Assembly (NCBI GenBank): GCA_040390065.1
Contig: JAZJZE010000002.1
Location: 32,931-96,930, forward strand
Reading direction: 5' to 3'
DNA: 64,000 nt
Source of the DNA: a bacterium
Lineage (GTDB): Archaea; Thermoplasmatota; E2; JACPAO01; JAHFTW01
A program made the translations under genes and the position numbers. The notes under the pieces are model-generated. The model had not been told where the DNA came from and ran no database searches. It saw only the letters and a list, made by a program, of their open reading frames with translations. Positions 53,453-61,860 of this stretch are shown in pieces; the first letter of the stretch is position 1; every line of letters starts with the position of its first letter.

Positions 53453-53700
53453 CCGGCCAGTCAACCGATGTAACAGATGCAACCGACGAAGGGCGCGATT
53501 TCTGTTGCTTCGGTTGCGTCGGTTGATGACGTAGGTGTCGGTTTCATCGGTTTCATGGCTTGCTGGAGCTGCCCCCGCCGGCCAACTGGTCAACCGATAC
53601 AACCGAAGCAACCGATGAGGGACCGCGGATCGGCAGTTTGGGTTGCGTCGGTTGATGACGTAGGTATCGGTTTCATCGATTTCATCTGTTGACCAGGGGA
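53453..53700. repeat. tandem duplication (2 x about 124 bp) of an imperfectly palindromic element rich in AACCGA/TCGGTT motifs
   Basis: A-arms at 53453-53492 and 53574-53620 (..GTCAACCGATGTAACAGATGCAACCGACGAAGG / ..GGTCAACCGATACAACCGAAGCAACCGATGAGG). B-arms at 53508-53556 and 53636-53690 (TTGCGTCGGTTGATGACGTAGGTRTCGGTTTCATCGRTTTCAT). A and B are largely reverse complements. ORFs called here only mirror the repeat. Confidence 0.7.
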
Positions 53701-53709
53701 GACGGGGCG

Positions 53710-55848
53710 TCACGTTTCCTTGTCGTCCTTCCCCTTCATCGCCCCAGATTTTTCGAAAATCCGCCTTGCTACCTGCGCCGGCTGCTTGCGCGGCCCGACG
53801 CGTTCCTCGACGTCGTGCTCGGCCTTGACCACGCGCTCGGACTTCGCGTCCTTCGGCAGCTGCCCCGACTTGAGTTCCATGATCTCGTCGCGAAGCAACG
53901 CAGCGCGCTCGAAATCCCAGGCCTTTGCAGCCGACTGCATCTCCTTCTCGAGGCTGACGATGAGTTTGTCGAAGCCCGTCTTGTCCAGCGTCGCAATCGT
54001 CTCCTTGGGGATGAGGACGGGCTTTTCGCCAAGCCGGCGGCCGTCGATCTCGATGCCTTTCATGGAGCGGACGGCGCTGACAGGGTTGATGCCGTGTTCC
54101 TTGTTGTAAGCGATCTGGCGGGTGCGGCGCTGGGCCGTTGCGTCGAGGGCGGCCTTCATCGCGTCGCTCATCCGGTCGGCGTACATGATGACCCGGCCGT
54201 TCACGTTGCGGGCGGCGCGCCCGATCGTCTGCACGAGACTCGTTTCGCTGCGCAGGAAGCCGATCTTGTCGGCGTCGAAGATGGCCACGAGTGACACTTC
54301 GGGAAGGTCGAGGCCTTCGCGCAGGAGGTTGATGCCGACGAGCACGTCGAACTCGCCCTTTCGCAGTTTCTCCAGGATGATGATGCGCTCCAGCGTGTCG
54401 ATGTCGGAGTGCAGGTACGTGACCTTGAGCCCGAGTCCTTGGTAGTACTTCGTGAGCTCCTCCGCCATCTTCTTGGTGAGCGTCGTGACGAGGATGCGTT
54501 CGCCGCGTTTGGCCGTCTTCACGATCTCGCCGTACAGGTCGTCGACTTGGCCCGCGATGGGGCGGACGGTGACCTCTGGATCGATTAGCCCCGTGGGGCG
54601 CACGACGGCTTGGACGCGCAATTCCTCGTGCTCGGCCTCGTAGGGTCCGGGGGTGGCACTCGTGAAGACGCACTGCTTGAACTTGCGTTCGAACTCGGGG
54701 AACTTGAGGGGCCGGTTGTCGAGGGCGGACGGCAGGCGGAAGCCGTAGTTGATGAGGGTCTCCTTGCGCATGCGGTCGCCGTTGTACATGCCGCGCACTT
54801 GCGGGACGCTGACGTGTGACTCGTCGACGATGAGCAAGTAGTCCTCGGGAAAGTAGTCCATGAGGCACGAGCCGGGGTCGCCGCGCGGCCGGCCCGACAG
54901 CGGCTGGCTGTAGTTCTCGATGCCATTGCAGTAACCGATCTCCCGCAGCATCTCGACGTCGAAGCGCGTTCGCTGCTCCAGGCGTGCCGCCTCCAAGATC
55001 TTGCCTTGCGTCCGCAGCTCCGACAAGCGGTCCTTCAGTTGCTCCTGGATCCGACCGATGGCGGCCTCCAACTCGTCGGGCGGAAGGACGAAGTGCTTGG
55101 CGGGAAAGATGGTGATCGCATTGTACGTCGCCATCGGTTCGCCGGTCACGGTGTGGATGCGCTTCACCGCCTCGATCTCGTCACCCCACATCTCGATGCG
55201 CAGCGGGTGCTCGTCGCCTGGCGGCAGGACGTCGACGGTGTCGCCCCGCACGCGGAAGGTGCCCGGCTTCAGGTCGGCGTCGTTGCGTTCATAGTAGATG
55301 TCGACGAGGCGGCCCACGAGCGTTCGCCGTTCCATGGTCTGCCCGGCCTGCAGCAGAAGGTTTGCGCTGCGGTAATCCTCCGGCGAGCCGAGGCCGTAGA
55401 TGCACGACACCGACGCCACGACCACGACGTCGCGGCGCGTCATGAGCGCCTGCGTGGTCGCATGCCGCAGCTTCTCAATCTCCTTGTTAACGTCCGATTC
55501 CTTGGCGATGTAGGTGTCCGATTGCGGCACGTACGCCTCGGGCTGGTAGTAGTCGTAGTAGGAGACGAAGTACTCCACCGCGTTCTTCGGGAAGAAGGCC
55601 CGCATCTCCTCGAAGAGCTGCGCAGCCAGGGTCTTGTTGTGCGAGATGATGAGCGTCGGTTTTTGCAGCCGCGTGATGGCTTGCGCCATGATGTACGTCT
55701 TGCCGACTCCAGTCACGCCCTGCAACGTGACGAAGCGCTTGCCATCCTTCAGCGCCTGGACGACAGCCTCGATGGCGGGCCCCTGGTCGCCGGCCGGGGC
55801 GAATGGCGCCTCCAGGGCAAAGCGGACATCCGTCACGGCCCTTCGCAC
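53710..55848 (-). CDS. uvrB: excinuclease ABC subunit B
   Basis: GVTGVGKTY Walker A, helicase motifs, YYDYYQPEAY beta-hairpin, C-terminal UVR domain (ERAALLRDEIMELK). Confidence 0.9.
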   Translation of the reverse strand: MRRAVTDVRFALEAPFAPAGDQGPAIEAVVQALKDGKRFVTLQGVTGVGKTYIMAQAITRLQKPTLIISHNKTLAAQLFEEMRAFFPKNAVEYFVSYYDYYQPEAYVPQSDTYIAKESDVNKEIEKLRHATTQALMTRRDVVVVASVSCIYGLGSPEDYRSANLLLQAGQTMERRTLVGRLVDIYYERNDADLKPGTFRVRGDTVDVLPPGDEHPLRIEMWGDEIEAVKRIHTVTGEPMATYNAITIFPAKHFVLPPDELEAAIGRIQEQLKDRLSELRTQGKILEAARLEQRTRFDVEMLREIGYCNGIENYSQPLSGRPRGDPGSCLMDYFPEDYLLIVDESHVSVPQVRGMYNGDRMRKETLINYGFRLPSALDNRPLKFPEFERKFKQCVFTSATPGPYEAEHEELRVQAVVRPTGLIDPEVTVRPIAGQVDDLYGEIVKTAKRGERILVTTLTKKMAEELTKYYQGLGLKVTYLHSDIDTLERIIILEKLRKGEFDVLVGINLLREGLDLPEVSLVAIFDADKIGFLRSETSLVQTIGRAARNVNGRVIMYADRMSDAMKAALDATAQRRTRQIAYNKEHGINPVSAVRSMKGIEIDGRRLGEKPVLIPKETIATLDKTGFDKLIVSLEKEMQSAAKAWDFERAALLRDEIMELKSGQLPKDAKSERVVKAEHDVEERVGPRKQPAQVARRIFEKSGAMKGKDDKET

Positions 55849-55891
55849 CCGGCGGACACGGAAAAGGCCAGGGGTGGGGGAACTGAACGCT

Positions 55892-56218
55892 TCAGCGCTT
55901 CTTCTTTCGCAACGCGGGCTTCGCCTTCGCCTTGCCGGCCTTTGCGGGCTTTGCGCGCTTGGCAGCCTTGGGTCTTGCGGCCTTCTTCGCTGGCTTGGCC
56001 GACCGCTTGGCCTTTGGCGCCTTGCGGACCGGCTTCGCCTTCTTCGCCCGCGCAGGCTTGGCCTTCTTGGCTTTCACCGGTTTGGCCCGGCGTTTCGGGG
56101 CCCCGACGGCGACGGGGATTGCAAACGTGGTGGCCGCAGCGCCATGCGGCGCCTCGACCCATTGGCCCGCAGGCGGCGTGTTCGGCACCGGCTTGCGGCG
56201 GAAGAGACGAAGCACCAT
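55892..56218 (-). CDS. small Lys/Ala/Pro-rich basic protein (histone H1 C-terminal-tail-like KAKP repeats); candidate nucleoid protein
   Basis: 108 aa. PKRRAKPVKAKKAKPARAKKAKPVRKAPKAKRSAKPAKKAARPKAAKRAKPAKAGKAKAKPALRKKKR. Codon third positions strongly G/C and lysines encoded AAG, consistent with genuine coding in this genome. Confidence 0.45.
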   Translation of the reverse strand: MVLRLFRRKPVPNTPPAGQWVEAPHGAAATTFAIPVAVGAPKRRAKPVKAKKAKPARAKKAKPVRKAPKAKRSAKPAKKAARPKAAKRAKPAKAGKAKAKPALRKKKR

Positions 56219-56543
56219 GGGCCCGCCCAGCGGCGCCCTGCGATATCATCGCTTCGAAGCATCGGGCCCGGTTTCCGATGGAAAAAATGGGTGGCGGTCC
56301 GGAGCACTCGCTTCCGTCCCGCATGCGCGGGACATCAGTGGGTGGTGGTCGGTGGTCGCAAGAAATCCGGCAAGAGCCGAATCATGCCCCGGGCCGCCTG
56401 AGGCAGAGCCTCGAATCCCATCCCTACAGTTGGCTGCCGCCAGTTATAGACCTGGCCGTTTGGGGACGGACATTCGTGGGGTCTGCAACGCGCCGACGAG
56501 GCCGGGGCCTCGCGGTGGCCGCAACCGGCGCCCCCAGGAGGAC

Positions 56544-56580
56544 GTTCTTAAAGAACAGCCACAAAGGGTAAATCGAATCC
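56544..56580 (+). promoter_or_regulatory. 13-bp palindrome GTTCTTAAAGAAC (56544-56556) plus TATA-like GGTAAATCG (56566-56575) upstream of the wHTH gene
   Basis: Read directly. TATA-like element about 27-36 nt upstream of ATG at 56602 (leaderless-compatible). The palindrome abuts it in a BRE/operator position. Confidence 0.35.
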
Positions 56581-56595
56581 ACGACCCAATGGAGC

Positions 56596-56847
56596 TTGTC
56601 CATGAACGACCCGAACCAAGGTGCCCACCCGGTGCCGGCCTCCGTGCAGGCGGTCCTCAACACCCTGAACCACCACAAGCCCATGACGGGCAAGGAACTG
56701 CGCGAGGCCACCGGGCTGCCCCGCCGCACCATCTACACCGCCCTGCGCCGCCTGCGCGAGATGGGCCTGCTCGAGGAACAAGCAAGCCTGCGCGATACGC
56801 GCCAGACCTACTTCTGGGTCCACGAAGCCAAGCCGCAGGGAAATTGA
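56596..56847 (+). CDS. small winged-helix DNA-binding protein
   Basis: KPMTGKELREATGLPRRTIYTALRRLREMGLLEE helix-turn-helix. Probable ATG start at 56602. Confidence 0.5.
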   Translation: MSMNDPNQGAHPVPASVQAVLNTLNHHKPMTGKELREATGLPRRTIYTALRRLREMGLLEEQASLRDTRQTYFWVHEAKPQGN

Positions 56848-56929
56848 CAGCGGCGGGCCACGACCCGCGCGCCACACATCCCGGTGACGAATCGGCCGTC
56901 GGCGAGCACGCCTGATTCGTGGCGCCACG

Positions 56930-57190
56930 CCGGACCCCCTCAGGCTTTCTTGGCCGAGGGGCTCGCCAGGCCCGGCGCGATGATCTGGCACATCGTCGGT
57001 GACATGCGACCTTGAGAAAGGTCGATCATCTGCGTCGTGGGGCCTGCGGCCCCACCCTGCTGCGGGGGGCCTTGCCCCCCGCCCCTATCCCCCCACCGGG
57101 GGCGCTCGCGCCCCCGGACCCCCTGAGGCTTTCTTTGCCAAGAGGCTCGCCAGGCCCGGCGCGATGATCTGGCACATCGTCGGTGACATG
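56930..57190. repeat. two 77-bp direct repeats (56930-57006 and 57114-57190), 184 bp apart, separated by GC-rich hairpins and the palindrome CGACCTTGAGAAAGGTCG
   Basis: Copies differ at 6 positions (CCGGACCCCCTSAGGCTTTCTTKGCCRAGRGGCTCGCCAGGCCCGGCGCGATGATCTGGCACATCGTCGGTGACATG). On the minus strand each encodes MSPTMCQIIAPGLAS... The 24-mer around GAAAGGTCGATCATC recurs at 221-244. Confidence 0.75.
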
Positions 57191-57290
57191 TGATCATATT
57201 GGACTTTGGTGAGCGCCGCCCTTTCCCACCGAGCCCCGAGTCGAGAACCGGTCCCACGAGGACCCGGTCCCGCAACGATGCCGGACGAAC

Positions 57291-57902
57291 CTAGGCCTTC
57301 TGCGCCGCCGGCGCCGGCGGCTTCCATGGCTTTGACTTGACGGGGGAGCCGCAGACGATGCACTCTTCCTTCTTGGGCATGACTTCGTACCAGCGGCCGC
57401 AGCCGATGCAGCGTGGCCGGAAGTCGAGTTGCGAACTGAGGCCCGTCGTGTTGACGGTCTGCGTCGGGATGTGGAGACGGTTGGCGACGTCGAGCAGCGT
57501 GTAGTCGTCGGTGACCAGGGTCGCAGACAGGTCCAAGGCGAGGGCGGCGAGACTGACGTCGGCGACACTCAGGCGACCCAGGTTGCCGGCACCCATGGCC
57601 GTCGTCTCGACGCGGTCGACGGATTCCTGGCGGGCGCTGCGCACCTGCAGCCCCTGGGTGATCCAGCCCTCGTAGCGGCGCGCGTCCTTGCCGCCGGGCG
57701 AGACTTCGGCGGCGGCCTCCGGTGTCGTCGCCCACGAAGAGGAGCGCGGGGGATCCTTGCCACCGAGCAGCAGGGACGTATCGAGGACCAGCCAGGCCAC
57801 AGCGTCGCAAAGTGGGCGCAGCCGTAAGGCTTGTGGGTTGCCCTCCAGGGCTTTTCGGCAGCCGTGCCGCGCCTCGGCAGGCCCATATCGCCCCCCCGGC
57901 AT
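57291..57902 (-). CDS. nob1: Nob1-like endonuclease (PIN domain plus C-terminal zinc ribbon), ribosome biogenesis
   Basis: PIN start WLVLDTSLLLGG, later acidic residues LVTDDYTLLDVA. C-terminal CIGCGRWYEV...CIVCGSPV zinc ribbon. Real start may be the internal GTG near 57800 because the track start lies only 11 bp from the divergent prsW ATG. Confidence 0.65.
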   Translation of the reverse strand: MPGGRYGPAEARHGCRKALEGNPQALRLRPLCDAVAWLVLDTSLLLGGKDPPRSSSWATTPEAAAEVSPGGKDARRYEGWITQGLQVRSARQESVDRVETTAMGAGNLGRLSVADVSLAALALDLSATLVTDDYTLLDVANRLHIPTQTVNTTGLSSQLDFRPRCIGCGRWYEVMPKKEECIVCGSPVKSKPWKPPAPAAQKA

Positions 57903-57913
57903 CGTGCGCTGCG

Positions 57914-58648
57914 ATGGCCTTGGACCGCACCGGCGCCCTGGTGGTGCTGGCCATCCTGAGTTTTCTGCCGGCGGTGGCGTACGCCCTGTGGCTGCGCAAC
58001 CAGGAGCGCTTCGAGCGCGAACCGGTGCGCGCCGTGCTTGGCGCCCTGTTCTACGGGTCCACCGCCGGCGTCGCCGTCGCGGCCGTCCTCGAGTCGCTCG
58101 TCCACTTTGACGGTGTGCGCGACGCGTCGACTTTGGCCATCCTGGCGTTCGTGGTCGTGAGCCCGCCCATCGAGGAGTTTGCCAAGGCCCTCGGCCTGCC
58201 CCTCGTTCGGCGCCAGATGGACGAGTTGGAGGACGGCATCGTCTACGGCACGGCCATCGGCCTCGGCTTTGCCGCCACGGAGACGGTCGTGTACGCCAAC
58301 GCCGCCCTGTCCGGTTCGGGGGCAGGGCTTGCCTTCGAGACGATTGCCATCCGCACCGTCTCCAGTCTGCTCTTGCATGCCGCCGCCGCGGCCGTCGTCG
58401 GCTTCGGGTACGGGTATTGCCGCCTGACGGGTCGCTCCATGCTGCACTTGGTGCCGTACTTCGTCGTCGCGGTCGGCCTGCATGCGGGCTTCAACCTGCT
58501 CGTGCTGCTGTCCGACGTGTGGGGGCTCGTGGCCGACATCGGGTTGGTCGTCGGGTTGGGACTTGCGCTGCGGTTCCGGCTGCGGCAATTGGATGGGAAG
58601 GCACCCATGACCGAGGCTGCGCTTGCCGCGCCCGCTGGCGACCCATAA
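57914..58648 (+). CDS. PrsW-family intramembrane metalloprotease (CPBP-like)
   Basis: Start at MALDRTGALVVLAIL (57914). Conserved EEFAKAL (EExxK), FAATETVVYA (FxxxE), HAGFNLL (HxxxN). Multiple TM helices. Confidence 0.7.
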   Translation: MALDRTGALVVLAILSFLPAVAYALWLRNQERFEREPVRAVLGALFYGSTAGVAVAAVLESLVHFDGVRDASTLAILAFVVVSPPIEEFAKALGLPLVRRQMDELEDGIVYGTAIGLGFAATETVVYANAALSGSGAGLAFETIAIRTVSSLLLHAAAAAVVGFGYGYCRLTGRSMLHLVPYFVVAVGLHAGFNLLVLLSDVWGLVADIGLVVGLGLALRFRLRQLDGKAPMTEAALAAPAGDP

Positions 58649-58678
58649 GTTTTGAAGGGCCTCCCCGTCGCCGCGCCC

Positions 58679-59635
58679 ATGTCCACGAAAGTCGGATTCG
58701 TGGGCGCCGGCACCATCGGCGCCAACTCCATCTTTGCGACCCTCGCCATGACGGACCGCATCGACGAGATTGCCGTCGTGGACATCGCCGAGCCCGCCGC
58801 AGTCGGCCGCGCCCTCGACCTCAACACGGCCAGCGTCGCCTTCGGGCGGCGCACGCGCGTGCACGGCGGCACCGACTACGCGTTGCTGAAAGGCAGCGCC
58901 ATCGTCGTCGTCTCCGCCGGCATGCCCCGCAAACCGGGAATGACGCGCGCCGACCTCTTGGGCATCAACATCAAGATCCTGAAGAACGTCTGCGCCGAGG
59001 TCAAGAAGAACGCGCCCGACTGCATCTTCCTACTGGTCACGAACCCGGTCGACATCCTGCAGTACGTCTGCTGGAAGGAACTCGGCTTCCCCTCCAACCG
59101 CGTGATCGGCATGACGAGCCTGCACGACTCCGCCCGCTTCACCGACATCGTGCGCGACGCCACCGGCGACCGCGAAGTCCGCGCCACCATCCTCGGCGAG
59201 CACGGCGAGACCATGTTCGTCGCCCCGACGCTGTCCAGCCCGAGCCTCAAGGGAGGCAACTGGGACGCGTGGGAGAAGACGACGCGTGGCCGCGCCATGG
59301 AGATCATCGAACGTGTGGGTGCAACGGCCTACGCCCCCGGCGCCTGCACCGGCCGCATGGTGAAGGCCATCCTGGAAGACACGCACGAGGAGATCCCGAC
59401 GGGCTGCATCCTGAACGGCGAGTACGGCCACAAGGACGTCGCGATCGGCGTCCCCGCAGTCCTCGGTCGTGGCGGCCTCGTGCGCATCGTGCAGTACGAC
59501 CTCACGCCGACCGAGAAGGCCAAGATGGACGTCACCGTGAAGGCCGTCAAGGAAAAAATCGCCGAGGGCTTGCAGATTCTCGCGAACCCGCCGGCGCCGG
59601 CCGCGACGCCTGCAGCTCCGGCGAAGACGGCGTAG
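58679..59635 (+). CDS. mdh: malate dehydrogenase (LDH-like MDH family)
   Basis: KVGFVGAGTIG Rossmann motif, VVVSAGMPRKPGMTRADLL substrate loop (R-containing), LLVTNPVD, catalytic H in GEHGE. Confidence 0.85.
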   Translation: MSTKVGFVGAGTIGANSIFATLAMTDRIDEIAVVDIAEPAAVGRALDLNTASVAFGRRTRVHGGTDYALLKGSAIVVVSAGMPRKPGMTRADLLGINIKILKNVCAEVKKNAPDCIFLLVTNPVDILQYVCWKELGFPSNRVIGMTSLHDSARFTDIVRDATGDREVRATILGEHGETMFVAPTLSSPSLKGGNWDAWEKTTRGRAMEIIERVGATAYAPGACTGRMVKAILEDTHEEIPTGCILNGEYGHKDVAIGVPAVLGRGGLVRIVQYDLTPTEKAKMDVTVKAVKEKIAEGLQILANPPAPAATPAAPAKTA

Positions 59636-60315
59636 GTCGCCGTCGGGATCCATGGGGGGCGTCCTGCGCGGCGGCAGGGAGGGCTGAAAGCCGCCGCGAG
59701 GACAAGGATGCGGACAATCCCTGATGCCCGGCCGGCCCGCAAACCCCTTGCGGCACACTCGTCGAAAGGTGGCAACCGTGCCACAAAGGGAGAGCTCAAG
59801 GCCAGGCAGCGCCCAGCGGCACAGTCGTGCTATGGATGTTGCCCGATTGGGCCCTGCGCCTCATCGGCCGGATCAGGTGTCCGTGTTGCGGGACGATCTT
59901 CAAGCCGGAGCCGGAAGCCGCCGCCTGACGACGACTGGTCAACCGATGCAAGAGATACAACAGACTTGACGGCTGTCCTTCAGACCACCCTGGGGCCGGC
60001 GCCACTTCGCGTCGACCTCCCTGCGCGGCTGGGCTCGGCGGCCGGCTTGCCATCGCGGACCCGGAGGGTAGGAGCCGAGCGCCCTCCGCGAGCAACGTGC
60101 GAATCAGCCGCCTGGCCGGCCTGGGCGGCCGCCGCGAGCGAAGCGAGCGCCCGCCGATGCGCGGCGAGGCCGGGAAAGGAACGGCGCGCCGACGAGGCGC
60201 GCCGCGTGAGCGGCCGCCCTTTCCTCCGAGGGGTCTGGGGCCTGGAAGGCCCCAGAGTCGGGCGTCCCTTGCCCTCGGTCAAACGGCCGAGCTTAGCGAG
60301 CGCCGTTTGGCCGGT

Positions 60316-61074
60316 TCAGATAAAGGTTTGATCCGGCGCCTTCACGTTCGCCACCATCTCGGTGCGGCTCTGCGCGTTCTTGATTTCCTTCTCGAGCGCC
60401 ATGGCTTCCTTCAGGAGCGGCTTCGCGTCGACGGCGACGTCGGGCACCATGCGCGCGACGGCTTCGATGAGGGCTGCTGCTGCTCGGCCGTCGGGGTGGT
60501 CGCGGCTTGCTTCGACGAGGAGGCCGCCGGCTTTGACACCGCGGGCGGGGGCTTCGAGGAGGATCTGCGCGGTGATGCCGGCGATGAGGGCGCGTTCCAT
60601 GGGCGGGATGCCGGCCTTGACGAGCATCTTGAGGACCTTCGCGTCGGCGGCCGCGGCGAAGACGTCGGGGATGTCGTCGCCCTCTGCTCGTCCCACGCCT
60701 TCGAGGACCAGGAGCATGTGCGCTTCGCCGCGGGCGGCCCAATGCATCACGGCTTCAGCGAGGTGGTTGAGGACGGGCGGCGGCAGCGCGAGTTCCGTGG
60801 TGACGACGTAGATGGACGGGCACTCCTTGCCGATCTTGCAGACGACTTCGCCGCCGAAGATGCGCACCGCGGATGTCACGATTCCGTCCTGGATGGCGAC
60901 GAGTCCGACGAGGTCAGGCAGGCGCAGGTGGCCGACGAGCGGCAGGCTGAGGTTGCGGATGAGGTACTGCGCCGCGATGGAGCCCGCCGAGCCCGTCGTG
61001 GGGAACGCGACGATGACGACGGAGCCCTTCAGGTTCACGTCGGCGAAGACCTCGACGGGTGATTCGGAGGGCAT
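60316..61074 (-). CDS. PAC2-family proteasome assembly chaperone
   Basis: 252 aa. N-terminal VVIVAFPTTGSAGSIAAQYLI typical of the PAC2/COG1938 family. Archaeal PbaA/B-like. Confidence 0.65.
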   Translation of the reverse strand: MPSESPVEVFADVNLKGSVVIVAFPTTGSAGSIAAQYLIRNLSLPLVGHLRLPDLVGLVAIQDGIVTSAVRIFGGEVVCKIGKECPSIYVVTTELALPPPVLNHLAEAVMHWAARGEAHMLLVLEGVGRAEGDDIPDVFAAAADAKVLKMLVKAGIPPMERALIAGITAQILLEAPARGVKAGGLLVEASRDHPDGRAAAALIEAVARMVPDVAVDAKPLLKEAMALEKEIKNAQSRTEMVANVKAPDQTFI

Positions 61075-61285
61075 TGCCTGGCGGAGGCGGCCCTTGGTCT
61101 TGAGGGTGATGGCCGTGGCTGGCTGCGCAAGTTCCGTCCGTCAAGCTTGATGTAGATGCCGCCACGACGTCGTCGTGATGCCGGAACTCCCGCCTGCGAG
61201 CGACACCGCTCGGACCACCCGCCGGCCGCGTCCCGCCTTGCGCAGCCCGCGCCCTGCCGTCGGCCACGGGCGCCGGCCTTCGGCC

Positions 61286-61804
61286 ATGGACCGAGCAGGC
61301 CAGCCGGGCGTGCGTCCGGACGCGGCGCGACACTTCCACGCACAACTGCGTGCAGCGCTTGCTGCTGGAGCCAAACTCACGGCTGCAACCCTCGTCAAGG
61401 CGTTGCGCCAGGCGTACAGGGCATCGACGGATCCCGGTCGTGACCCGTTCGGCAAGGCGCTGCCCGACGCGCGCGCGTTGGCCAGCATCTACGCCGCATG
61501 GATGGAGACCATGGACCCTGACTTGTATTCGCAGGACACGCGCATCCTGAAGCACTTGGGCGACGCGGGATGGATCGAGGCCCTCATGATTGTCTCGGCG
61601 CAGCCGGCGGGACCTGGCCGGGCCGGCTTCTTCCAGCGCGGCACGATGGAGGCAACGGATTTCGTCATCGGCGACGGCACCTCCGTGCCGCAGCGCAACG
61701 ACCTGGCCTGGCTGGGCGGTTTCGCGGCGGGGCTGCAAGGCCTGTCCGTCGGGCACGGGGCGCCCGTTGCGCCAGTGCCGCCGAGTTCGCGCCGCATCCG
61801 TTGA
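61286..61804 (+). CDS. hypothetical protein
   Basis: Balanced composition with strong GC3 in the C-terminal 140 codons (…IYAAWMETMDPDLYSQDTRILKHLGDAGWIEALMIV…). Start uncertain; MDRAGQPG at 61286 chosen. Divergent from the PAC2 gene. Confidence 0.35.
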   Translation: MDRAGQPGVRPDAARHFHAQLRAALAAGAKLTAATLVKALRQAYRASTDPGRDPFGKALPDARALASIYAAWMETMDPDLYSQDTRILKHLGDAGWIEALMIVSAQPAGPGRAGFFQRGTMEATDFVIGDGTSVPQRNDLAWLGGFAAGLQGLSVGHGAPVAPVPPSSRRIR

Positions 61805-61860
61805 ACCTGCGACGGACAACAATGCGCTTGCCCAAGGAATGCCCAACGTTGGCCGGACGA

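Noticed and set aside
53317-53692. ORFs 53317-53526 and 53477-53692 with repeated VASVDDVGVGFIGF peptide
   Set aside because: The periodicity comes from the tandem DNA repeat. There is no start context and the region lies in the rnhA/uvrB intergenic space.
57291-57916. Nob1 start at 57902 as called by the track
   Set aside because: Not rejected as a gene, but the 11-bp distance to the divergent prsW ATG makes this start implausible. An internal GTG near 57800, just before the PIN WLVLDTS motif, is more likely.
59708-60331. 207-aa ORF in the 680-bp mdh/PAC2 gap, and a 30-codon micro-ORF 59836-59928 (MLPDWALRLIGRIRCPCCGTIFKPEPEAAA)
   Set aside because: The long ORF is Arg/Ala/Pro-rich artefact. 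The micro-ORF has only three Cys and no support beyond a CPCC motif, so it was left unannotated.
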